DNA of 63,061 nucleotides, the filler included, from Octopus bimaculoides (taxonomy: Eukaryota): the NCBI RefSeq assembly GCF_001194135.2. It is 6 parts of 6 records of this genome, joined end to end, with 100 filler letters (N's around TTAATTAATTAA, not from the genome) between each part and the next. Parts side by side here need not be neighbours in the genome. Positions count along the whole stretch, not along the records: positions 1 to 15,775 come from NC_068985.1; 5 more parts are not named here. One strand, 5' to 3'. Shown in pieces: positions 1-10,964 of this stretch. Under the pieces are notes generated by a model. That model saw only the letters and a program-made list of their open reading frames with translations, had not been told where the DNA came from and made no database searches. The position numbers were made by a program, and so were the translations under genes. Position 1 is the first letter of the stretch. Every line of letters starts with the position of its first letter.

Positions 1-1290
1 TTAATATCAGACGCTTTGCTGCAAAAACAAAAGTATTTACCTCTATCATAAGAGACCTTTTGTATGCAGATGATTGTGATCTAGTGGCGCACACAGAGAT
101 TGATATGCAACACATTTTGAATGCATTCTCTGATGCTTGCACTGCCTTAGGAATGACAGTCAATCTCAAGAAAACTGTTGTCATGTACCAATCTGCCCCT
201 GGTAAGCAGTATATTGAACCAAATATCTATGTGTATGGTAAAAGACTTGGTGTAGTCGATCAGTTTGTCTACCTGGGAAGCACTGTTAATAGATATGGCA
301 ATTTGGACAATGAAATTCCATACAGAATTAGGAAAGCAAGTGATGCTTTCGGAAGGCTAGAAAGGCATCTCTGGGGTCGGCAAGACATATGCAGGAAGAC
401 AAAGATAAAGATGTACAAGGTGTGTGTACTCTCTTCTCTTCTATATGCCTGCGAGACCTGGGTCACGTATCAATACCACCTTAAACAACTGGATCATTTC
501 CATCAGATGTGTCTCAGACGGATCTATGGCATTAAGAGGGAGGACCGCATCAGTGATCTTGAGATATTGGAAAGCTCTTGGTGTGAAAGTATAGAAGCTC
601 TTGTGTTGAAGCAAAGGCTCAGATGGAGTGGTCATCTGGTCAGGATGAAAGATTCAAGGATGCCAAAACAACTCTTTTATGGAGAGTTAGGTAAAGGAGA
701 ATGACCTCCACATAAATCAAAAAAGAGATATAAAGACTTGCTGAAGGTTTCCTTGAGAGATGCCAACATCTCTCCTAGCACATGGGAAGGCATAGCTATT
801 GACCGTGGCAGGTGGAGAAGGATTGTGCATGAGGGAACAACTACTTTTGAGAAATCACGAATTGCACATGAGAATTTAAGGAGGGATGTCAGGAAGGGCA
901 TTGTTGTTGCACTTCCAGATGGTAAGGGTCTTTCTATGACACTGACATGCAGTGTCTGTACAAGACCGTGCCTCAGTAAAGCTGGATTCATAAGTCATCT
1001 TCGTAGTCATAAAGCAAGACCAATGATTGACTACCAGGCTGCTGGTGATGATGCTACACACCATACTAGTCATGTCTGTCGGGCATGTGGATGGAGTGTG
1101 ATTCAGCAGGAGGACTTAAATGACACGCAAAGGTACAACAACAGCCAGCTATTGCCAGTAAAGCTTTTGGATGTCAACTATGTGCAAGACATTGTAGATC
1201 TTTGGCTGGGCTAAAAAGTCACATTCAATCACAGCACCGTTAAGCTTCGTGCAATGGCCATACTCGATAACGAGGGGGCAGCCATCATGT
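1..1290 (+). mobile_element. RTE-clade (BovB-like) LINE, 3' part: RT C-terminus, thumb and C-terminal C2H2 fingers; pseudogenised
   Basis: Frame from nt 3 reads NIRRFAAKTKVFTSIIRDLLYADDCDLVAH...FVYLGS...LLYACETW...RLRWSGHLVRM...PKQLFYGEL. ORFs 60-704 and 738-1214 share a frame, split by one TGA (702-704). ORF2 ends at TAA 1241-1243 after a frameshift near 1090; a short 3' UTR runs into a (TA/TG) tail. Confidence 0.9.
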
Positions 1291-1403
1291 ACATATGTAC
1301 ATATGTATGTACGTATGCACATATGTATGCATGTATTTGTATATGTAAGTACACATGCACACACACACAGATACATATATGTATATATATATTTTATGGA
1401 ATC

Positions 1404-1790
1404 AAGGTTCACTCAATACTCGGAAGTCTTGGACTTGTGAAGGAGAGAAAAGATGTTGCCAGAAAATTGTCAGAAGCTGCCAAGAAAGCAGATCATTACA
1501 TCTGGCTTGAAATAGAGGACAAATGATGCAGCAAAAATGAGCAATGAAAATGGTAGAAACAGCTGGGCCAGAGTTACAAACTTTTGACTCAGCAAAGCTT
1601 ATGATGAGTGTGGAAGTTTTGTCACCTACATCAGTGGGTGGCCCCAGGCAGTTCTGGTGTCGTGATGGACGGGGCTGAAACATTACAAAGCTGCTTTACT
1701 ATCTGATGAGACATCAGCTCCTGAATTCAGAGATGGAGTACAGCAGCATGCTCAGCACTCAGCTGTTTTAACATCTTCTTGTCAAGTTTG
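1404..1790 (+). mobile_element. 3' fragment of a HERO-like (restriction-like endonuclease) non-LTR retrotransposon
   Basis: SILGSLGLVKERKDVARKLSEAAKKADHYIWLEIEDK* (stop 1524-1526) resembles the HERO ORF C-terminus as I recall it (L..LG......R.L.EAAE.AS.W.W); followed by about 260 nt of UTR-like sequence. Confidence 0.5.
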
Positions 1791-1792
1791 CT

Positions 1793-4700
1793 CAGACATT
1801 TTTAACCTGCACACACCATCCATCTCAGTCCTACATTAGTTAATGGAGGTCTTCAGAGAGGTATCAAGTGTATCTGGTGAGTTGAACTACATACATTGTG
1901 TTTGGACAACCAGCTCAAGTACCAACATGTTTTGGCATCCATAGCTGTAGGTGACTTGCAAGCTCTTTTTTAGCTTGCCAGCATATCCTGCAAAGTGCAA
2001 GCACCTTTCCCTTATAATGTTGGAAACATACAGCTGTTTCTTGGTGGGATGAGTTCTCCAAGATATGTTTAAGACTGTTCTTAACATTCAGGTGTAAGTT
2101 TCATCTAAACTGCATACCAGAATTTTGATAAGCAACCAGGCTCCAAATAAAAGGACTGACTCATCCATTGCTCAGAAAAATTTCCTCTTAAGGTTGTATG
2201 ACAAGTTTGATTTCCAGATAACATCCAGTTTGTTTAGGGCCAACCATGCTTTAGCTGTCTGAGGTTTTATGTCCTTATTAGTTGAGGTTGCAGAACTGAG
2301 GTACATAAAATCATCAACTTGACAGATGGGATCTCCGCTGATGTTGGTGATGGGTCCTTGTTGATTGAGAGCAATGAGTTTGATTTTACTAAAATTAACA
2401 AGTAGTTCAATATCATGTGCAGCTAATTCTAGATTATGAAGTAATTGGATGGAGTCTGATATTGTGTCAAGGCTAAATCATTGGCATAGTCTACATCAGT
2501 TATTTTTTGAGCTGGATGTCCAATCAATCTTCTTTTTGCGAGTGTGAAATTAAGACTATTTAGATTGTCAAGTGATGTTCCGAGGACATAATCCAAAGAG
2601 ATCACAAAGAGAAAAGATACCAATGTGTCCCCTTGCAGTACTCTGGCTCTGATATCAAAGAAACTTGTATCTCCATCTGGGGATCCTACCAAAGGTTTAT
2701 GCTGTTATAGAGCATCATAATTGCTGCCGTTGTTTCCTTGGGGATACCTTAGGTCAGTAGTAGTTCTTCCATTTTACCACAGTGGATAGAATAAAAAACT
2801 TTTGAGAAATCAACACATAGTAATACTGCTTCGAGATTTCTGAATTCTACTCCATCCAGTAGATGATGAACTGTAAGTATTTGTCTGATAGCTGACCTAT
2901 TTTTTCTGAAGCCATTTTGATTTCTTCTCAAAACTTTCTCAATTTTTGCAGTGATTGCTGTAAGAGTGATGCCTCGGCAGTTCATTGTGAGACCCAAATC
3001 ACCTTTCTTTGGAAATGGAAGTATGCAGCTTTCTGTCTATTTATCAATGTTGCCACCATTATAGACTGTATTGCAGAAGCCTGACAGAATATCACTGAAT
3101 TCTCCTGTTTTCTAGATTTCAGGCAGAATGTTATCCAGTCCAGCAGCCTTTTAGTTTTTAGGGCTTTTAAGGACTTCTTTCAATCTGTCAATGTTATGAT
3201 ATCACCAGTTATGATATCACCAGTTATGATATCAACAGTGTGGTCAATAATTGATGTTACATCTATATCAGAAACTGAGGATATATTCCCAAGCAAATTT
3301 TGAAAATGATCCTTCCACTTTTCTAAACATTCCTGAAGATTTTTAGCCTTCATTTTTAACTTACTGGAGTCTTTGAGTTTGCTTATTTCGTTTACTATTT
3401 TCCAGGGTAGTGATGTCTGCTTGTTTACAACAGCATGTTTAATTTAATTTATTTTACTTTGGATGTAGTTTCATTGTTGAAATTGATATAGGTCTACTAG
3501 TTCATCCTGTAGCTTTTAGAAATTGGCTTCATTTGAGGGGATTAGATGTATAATTTTAGCTTGGGCCACTTCTTTGAAGTGTTTTATCTTGTTTATTATC
3601 TCTTGGTTAGCCCTGGGGATACATTTATTAGTTCTGGATTTTATGGGTATGATCTCTTTTGCAACCTCTGTACTGGATGTTACAAAATTATTGAATGTTA
3701 TATTGGAGGAATTTCCTTCATTTTCATTTTGTAGCAGCTCAAATCTGTTTCTAACTGATATAATGTATTGGTTGCAGATTTCTCTGTTGTTTGTTAAAAC
3801 TGACCAGTCATGTGAGCCTGATTTGGTTTCGTTAGCTCTAAGGCTTATGTGAAATTTCAGTGTGATAATTTTGTGGTAGCTGCTCACTCCTTCAAAGGTA
3901 TTGTAAGGTTCAGTGTTTAAGGTGCTATTCATCCATTTCTTATTGATTAGCATGTAATTTAGTTGGGCATTTCAAACATGAGCATAGGTAGATGTATATA
4001 GTTTAGAGGGTTTCTTTTAGAATTTGACTTTTAGACATACTAACTGATTTGCAAAAATAAATTCATTTAGATATAAGCCATTTCTGTTCATGGTTGCATG
4101 GAATGAATATTTATGGGCTACAGGTTTTTCAATATGAGCATTCAAATCACCTTCAATTGTGAGAGCACTGCACTTTGGTATTTGTCTAAACTGATATGGA
4201 GAAAGCCTAATAAAATTGGAAACCTCTTTGTCCACTGTGTTTGTTGGTGAATAATAAGATATGAGTGATGTTTCTGGATTTCCTTAAAAAGACATTGTTT
4301 TTATTCTTGCATGAATTCTCATTCTGCTGTTTAAAGATTTGAGGGTAGGCAGGTTTAGCAGCATGCCTACACCACCAAAGGTACAATTGGTAGTTCTTCC
4401 AAGCTGAAGCTGAGAAGAAAGTCCAGCTGCTACCAGCAACATGGTATTTCAGCTCAACATTATCGTGATAAAGCCTGTGTTCTTGCTCACAAATAGCATC
4501 AATTTTGTACTTGATGACTGAGGCAACAAGTTCTGGGAGTTGATTTAGTTTTTTGAAAATGTGCACACTAAAGGTGGAAACAAGTGTACTTTGCTTGCAC
4601 TTCAGAAATTATTTTGTGTTTGTGTCTGTAGCTGATTTTTTGAACACTAAGCCAGAGCCAGGACTACAGCAGAAAGTGCTCCTTGTTTGACTGCATGACA

Positions 4701-5160
4701 AGCGATGCAGGATAAATTTCTTAAGTTAATGTGAGTCATAGAATGTCTTTCAATTACTAATTTCTCATCTACAGTTACAGGTCTTATAAACAATTGCAGT
4801 GTCAATCAAACTGACAGTTTTCACAGACTAAGATTCATAAAAGTGTAATTTGTTCCACAAAGTGGGAAGAAATCCAAATGGAAAGTCTTTTTTTATGCTT
4901 TGTATTTCATTCCCTACTATCATCCTCCATTCCAATGATAGTGGCATTTCTGCTCTTTGCAAGGCTTCAGGATTTCACCGTGACCCAGGCAGGGTGGCTA
5001 AGAGCTGCTATGTCTTGCCAAAGGGCAACCCTTGATTTTTTCCAGGACTGCTTTTTGAGCATTCACAGCTAACCTGTATATCTATAGGCCATTTCCCTAT
5101 CCACAAGCTGAGGACCTGATGGATGAAAGTTTCCATCACCCACACCACAAATGTCTACTC
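1793..5160 (-). mobile_element. Near full-length, heavily degenerate RTE LINE (APE endonuclease + RT)
   Basis: Colinear fragments: endonuclease (LNQLPEL...IDAICEQEHR...WTFFSASAWKN, 4207-4566; IEGDLNAH, 4017-4235), RT (RNQNGFRKNRS...VDFSKVF, 2749-2997; SPDGDTSFFDI...VLQGDTL...DVDYANDLAL, 2429-2692), thumb (MLRTVLNISW, 1887-2087). Many stops and frameshifts. Confidence 0.88.
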
Positions 5161-5227
5161 TAAATTTATACAGGTACATATATTAACATAGATACAAATA
5201 CATATGTGTATATATATATAAATATAT

Positions 5228-7110
5228 ATATATGTATATATATATACATCGTCATCATCGTTTAACATCCGCTTTCCATGCTAGCATGGGTTGGACGATT
5301 TGACTGAGGACTGGTGAACAAGGTGGCTACACCAGGCTCCAATCTGATCTGGCAGAGTTTCTACAGCTGGATGCCCTTCCTAACGCCAACCACTCCGAGA
5401 GAGTGTAGTAGGTGTTTTTACATGCCACCAGCACGAAGGCCAGTCAGGCAGTACTGGCAATGGCCACGCTCAAAATGGTGTATTTTATGTGCCTCCTGAA
5501 CAGGAGTCAGTCCAGCGGCACTGGCAACGACCTCGCTCGAATGTTTTTTCATGTGCCAGGAAGGCGATGCTGGTAACGATCATGCTCAAATGGTGCTATT
5601 TACGTGTCACTGGCACGAAAGCCAGACAGCTGCTCTGGCAACGATCACGCTCGGGCAGTGCTCTTAGTGCTCCACTGGTACAGGTGCCATCACAATTTCG
5701 CTTTCACTTGCCCCAACAGGTCTTCGCAAGCCGAGTTTAGTGTCCAATGAAGGAGACGTTGGCATGGGTGCCAGTCGTCGAATTTAGTTCGATTTCGATT
5801 TCACTTGCTTCAACAGGTCTTCGCAGGCGGGGTTTAGTGTCCAATTAAGGAAAGGTACGCATAAGTGGGCTGGCTACACCCCTGGCAGAGGCCTTCGATT
5901 ATGGTCTCACTTGGCTTGCCGGGTCTTCTCATGCACAGCATATTTCCAAAGGTCTTGGTCAGAAGTCATTGCCTCGGTGAGGCCTAATGTTTGAAGGTCG
6001 TGCTTCATCACCTCAGCCCAGGTCTTCCTGGGTCTACCTCTTCCACAGGTTCCCTCAACCGCTAGGGTGTAGCACTTTTTCACACAGCTATCCTCATCCA
6101 TTCTCGCCACATGACTATACCAGCGCAATCGTCTCTCTTCCACACCACAACTCATGCTTCTTAGGTTCAATTTTTCTCTCAAGGGACTTACACTCTATCA
6201 AGTATGCACACTGACATTACTCATCCATTGGAGCATACTGGCTTCATTCCTTGCAAGCTTACGCATGTCATCAGCAGTCACGGCCCATGTTTCACTGCCA
6301 TGTAGCATGGCTGTTCGTACACATGTGTCATATAGCCTTTTACTCTGAGTGAGAGGCCCTTTGTCACCAGCAGAGGTAAGAGCTCTCTGAACTTTGCCCA
6401 GGCTATTCTTATTTTAGCAGTGCACCTACACTTTCAATGCACCCTCCCCCACTTCTAACTTGGTCACCTAGATAGCGGAAGCTATCAACTACTTCTAGTT
6501 TTTCTCCCTGGAATCTGGCAGAAGTTGTTCTCTGCACATTTTCAGTGTTTATTGCCCCTGAGCATCTGCCACATACAAAAACTAACTTCCTAGTTANNNN
6601 NNNNNNNNNNNNNNNNNNNNNNNNNNNNNNNNNNNNNNNNNNNNNNNNNNNNNNNNNNNNNNNNNNNNNNNNNNNNNNNNNNNNNNNNNNNNNNNNNNNN
6701 NNNNNNNNNNNNNNNNNNNNNNNNNNNNNNNNNNNNNNNNNNNNNNNNNNNNNNNNNNNNNNNNNNNNNNNNNNNNNNNNNNNNNNNNNNNNNNNNNNNN
6801 NNNNNNNNNNNNNNNNNNNNNNNNNNNNNNNNNNNNNNNNNNNNNNNNNNNNNNNNNNNNNNNGACTCAGCAATTAGCGCAACGTCATCAGCATAGAGGA
6901 GCTCCCCGGGGCATCCTGTCTTGAATTCCTGTGTTATTGCCTGGAGGACTATGATAAATAGGAAGGGGCTGAGGACTAAACCTTGGTGGACCCCTACCTC
7001 TACCCGGAATTCTTCACCGTACTCGTTGCCAACCCTCAACTTACTGACAGCGTCTCTGTACATGGCTCGCACAGCTCTCACTAACCATTCTTCTATCCCT
7101 AGTTTCCTCA
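5228..7110 (-). mobile_element. 5'-truncated RTE LINE with long 3' UTR and (GAT)n-like tail; contains an N gap
   Basis: LGIEEWLVRAVRAMY...GVHQGLVLSP...LLYADDVALIAE (6875-7110); VDSFRYLGD; RRLRWYSHVARM...GRGRPRKTW (5907-6182). UTR 5228-5900 matches 58790-59158. Confidence 0.9.
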
Positions 7111-7142
7111 TTGACCACCATATATATGCATCTGCATATGTG

Positions 7143-7184
<42 letters not shown>

Positions 7185-7688
7185 TTCACACAGACAACTT
7201 CTTCATTTATTTAATCCTTTTGCTGTCCTTATAATTCCTCCCCTTCCTTCTCACTGTTTTTTTTTTTTTGTCTACCACTAAGGCTTATCTATTGTTTATT
7301 ACTGCAAATGGTAACTCTGAGTAATTAAACCTGGTTTTCTAATCCCTATATCTTTTAGTAGAAAAGGCTATATCATGACCCTTTATAGGACTTCCCACTT
7401 TAATAAAAGAAGGAACGTCAGTATCTTCAAACAGATGACCCAACACAAATGCTTGGAACATTTAACATCTGTTAAAAGCACCTTGGAACCAGGTGGTGAT
7501 AAACTGGATAATGGATTAATTTCTTCACATCATAGGTGTTTATTGTATCATTAAAATGTTTTCCTGCTATTTCAAATATTGGGATGGGAAAGCTTTTTAT
7601 GGACAACTTAATGTATTCATGTATTACTTATAAACTATGAATATTTTCTGTATGAAAATCTACCAAACCAAACTTCAAACTGACTTAC

Positions 7689-7863
7689 CTTCTGCTCTAA
7701 GAACAACAACATGATTGAGATAAATAGCAAGTTCTTGAAGTTGGATAAGATTCATGTGTTTTATGGCATCCTTAGCTGGAACTGGTCTGCCATTTTTCTC
7801 CATATAATACACCAAACTTACATTCTTGGAGGTTCTGTGATTAGAGTGCACAATTTTCATTAT
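7689..7863 (-). CDS. Internal exon (175 nt, phase 0 to 1) of a KIAA1549/KIAA1549L-like (UPF0606) protein
   Basis: Acceptor gtctttcag|ATA, donor GAAG|gtaagt. Peptide IMKIVHSNHRTSKNVSLVYYMEKNGRPVPAKDAIKHMNLIQLQELAIYLNHVVVLRAE resembles the KIAA1549 extracellular repeat (V.L.Y.V...G.......LI......AI.LGY). In phase with the 9214-9389 exon. Confidence 0.8.
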
Positions 7864-7989
7864 CTGAAAGACATCACACAATGGTTTACATTGGCATTGT
7901 AATCTTCAAATGTTTTATCATTTGTATATCACCTCTAACATCTCCAAGGTAATAGAGACAGCCATTAACAATGACAATCTCCAACACTT

Positions 7990-8690
7990 TGGATATCTCT
8001 CTCTCCTCATTGACCCCCAAGTACAGCTTCCACAGAGCCAGATCCACTGGAGACCTACTTTCTTATGTCACTCACCAGAAGGCTCTTGCTTTGAAAGATA
8101 ATTTCTGACATGCAAATCTCCTGGCAAAATGCTAAAATACAGACTCCACCCAACCCTCATTTCTTGGATTGGCAGCATCCTACTAAATCACACTCTCACG
8201 TCATGTTTAAACAGAGTTTTTTCTGCCCCACTCTCAATCAACTCTGGTGTTCCCCAGGGCTTAGTTTTGTCCTCTACTCTCTTCCTTTAATATATCAGTG
8301 ATCTATTTTCCACCACATCCAACAATGTCTGTTCAAATGCAGATGACACAACCCTTCATTCCTTCCTCATTTTCCTGACCATGTACCATCCAAATGCAAT
8401 CAACATGTTACATGCCAAACTGGCATTGATTCCATTACTGGACACATCTTCCAGTCGAGCTTTACTAACTTTTAACAGCAAAAGTACTCAAACACTACTC
8501 ATATCAAGAAAAGACCACCACACCTGCCCCACCTAAACATGTAATCACCCAGTTAGATCCCTCATAGTCACTTCAAATGCTGTTCCTCACTATCACTAAA
8601 GATCTTCTTGGAGAAAAAACATCCTTAATATAGCTGGGACCAAATCTCAGAAAAAAGCCTCTTGACTGATTGAGATGAAATCATTTACAG
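7990..8690 (+). mobile_element. Degenerate CR1/L2-like RT fragment
   Basis: Around 8230-8360 reads PLSINSGVPQGLVLSSTLFL*YISDLFSTTSNNVCSNADDTTLHS (GVPQG and YADD-like motifs). Confidence 0.6.
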
Positions 8691-9213
8691 ACAGGATCTT
8701 GCCTCAGGCCCATAGGCATGCTATATCTTCTTTCTCTCTTTTCTATCATTGTTATCATGGTCTCCTGCTACTTTCCTATTACTCTGTTTCTCTTCCATTA
8801 CTCTCTCTCTTCTATCATCCTCTCAGTCATGTAACTTGTATTTAATATCCTCACTAACAAGTATGATGTAGCTGTCTACCTCCCTCTTTCTCTCAACTTC
8901 TCTCTCATGGCTCTCTTCCATTACTCTGTCTTCCATCATCTTCTTGCTTCTATTACTTTAACCCTCTTCTATCAGCTTCTCTTCCTCTCTCCCAGTTGTG
9001 TGAAATAGAAGGAACAAACAAATAACACAGGGAACAGGAAATTCTTTAATCTTGTCAGAAATTAATGGAATTTACTATCCATAAAATTACTGAAATTTTT
9101 AAAATATCATGATAAAAAGAAACTATAAAATTAGTTAGTAAAACTATAAAATTAGTTAGTAAAACAGATGAATTAGTACAGCAGATTAAAGCAATTACTT
9201 TAACAGAACTCAC

Positions 9214-9389
9214 CTGTAAAGCAATGTCTTCTACAACAGCAAAACGTTTTTTCCGAAGAGGACGGTAAGTTCCATTCATGATGCGTTGACCTCTTTTGTA
9301 TGCTTCAGCATAACTTCTGGCTAAACGTTCTTCCATGTCATGTTTGAATTCAAATGAATTTACATCGATATCGCTTCTAACTTTAATGA
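9214..9389 (-). CDS. Internal exon (176 nt, phase 1 to 0) of the same KIAA1549-like gene
   Basis: Acceptor atttctgttacag|TC, donor CAG|gtgagt. Peptide IKVRSDIDVNSFEFKHDMEERLARSYAEAYKRGQRIMNGTYRPLRKKRFAVVEDIALQ has the FK..ME.RLA..Y.EA pattern and a basic RKKR site typical of this family. Confidence 0.8.
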
Positions 9390-9488
9390 CTGTAACAGAA
9401 ATTATTGCATCATAATAATTAACTGTCAAATTATCCATAATTTTACAGAAATCTATCTATCTATTAATAGGAAGATAGACAGATAGAC

Positions 9489-9850
9489 ATCATCATCATC
9501 ATCATAATCATCATCATTTAACATCAGTTTTCCATGATGTTATCAGTAGGACAGTTTGACAAGATCTGACAAGCTCCAACGGCTGTTTTGACATGATTTC
9601 TAGAGCTGAATCTCCTTCCTTATGTGAACCACTTACGGTGTCTACTGGGTACTTTCTTCATGATACTGGTACTAGTGAGGTCCCCAGGTAAGTTGCAAGA
9701 CAAGAAAAGAACAGGGTCCCTTGACTGAGTGGGGGTGTATCTGAGAGGAAGGAAGATGGCATTATGCCAGGTTTTAAAAGACTAAAGTATGAGAGACAAA
9801 ACCATGTGTTTTACTATAGAGATACATGGCTACCCCACATTATATAAGAT
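9489..9850 (-). mobile_element. Old RTE 3' UTR copy with (GAT)n tail
   Basis: catcatcat-ttaacatcagttttccatg... is a diverged match to 5228-5400. Confidence 0.55.
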
Positions 9851-9989
9851 AAGTGGGAGTAGCTGGAAAATAAGATAAAGATAGTGTTGATGAAGTTGCC
9901 TACACATATTCTCATACATAAGTGAGTATGAAAGAGAATACAGACAGTGGATATGAAGGAAAAAGAGAGTAATTTCACAAAGGAATGTG

Positions 9990-10370
9990 GAATTAGAGCA
10001 AGGAGGACTCAGTGAAACAATCCAGTTTGGTAAAGAAAGAAAAGGACATTTCTGGGACAACGTACTAAGGGCTGAAGAGCAAATCTGTGACTGGTGCAAG
10101 GTCCTAGCCAGACTGAGGGTAATTTGGTGGTGAAACTGTGATGTAGTCAAAGTTACAAAAGTGAAAAGACAGGCCTAGAAATACTAGGAAAAGGGTGACT
10201 GCAGAGAATTATATCAGGTGGTTAGAAGAGAAGCTAGGCTACAAGTGTTTACATAGCAAGGGCAGAAGCAGAAAGGAAGAGGTCTGCCAAAGTTCTATAG
10301 CATGAGGTTTTCCAGATTGCCAAACAGTGTATCAGAGAGAATCAAGATTATTGTGGGTGAGAAGTATGAG
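9990..10370 (+). mobile_element. Degenerate RTE ORF2 fragment (endonuclease-RT linker)
   Basis: NVLRAEEQICDWCKVLARLRVIWW*NCDVV at about 10061-10150. Confidence 0.55.
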
Positions 10371-10394
10371 TGGCTGGATAATAGTACACTTGCA

Positions 10395-10690
10395 TAATGT
10401 ACAGTCATTTAAATTCTGAACTTCACCAGCAATAATTGAGTGAGGGGCATCACGAGATGAAATAGACTTTACTTTAATATTTGAAACTATTATCTGAAGC
10501 ATGATTATCGGTCCCAATCTTCTTATGCTCTTTATAATTTTCATCTGTTTGAAGTCTCACCTTGCACGCATGATTTTCACACCTCCAGTATATCTTCAGT
10601 CCATCTGTATTCCGTTTATTTTTTGTGTATATATAATCTTCTTGATTGACCACTTTAATTTTTCCTTTTTCTAAAGTTATGATCTTGCAG
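10395..10690 (-). mobile_element. FLYWCH zinc-finger remnant, probably the N-terminus of a MULE transposase
   Basis: Manual translation: KGKIKVVNQEDYIYTKNKRNTDGLKIYWRCENHACKVRLQTDENYKEHKKIGTDNHAS, then after a frameshift IKVKSISSRDAPHSIIAGEVQNLND. Confidence 0.7.
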
Positions 10691-10964
10691 GTAGCTATGT
10701 TGATGAGTAGGTATATTCAATAAATTTAATTCAATTTGCTTGAAAATCTTTGTTCATAAACTGTTCAGCGCAGATACTTGAGAGAGAGAGGGGGAGGGAG
10801 GGGGGTTAAAGAAAAGCAAAATATATCTAAAACTGTCCAACGACAATTTACAAAATAACTGGGGACAAATTGTCCTAGCACCTATAATACATTGAAACTA
10901 TGCAACAGTTTGGCTGTAGTAAGTTAAAGACAAGCTTGTACGCAAGCAAGCACACAAACAAAAC

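Noticed and set aside
7330-7560. Search for the next (transmembrane) KIAA1549-like exon
   Set aside because: No acceptor gave a phase-1 open frame with a convincing peptide and donor.
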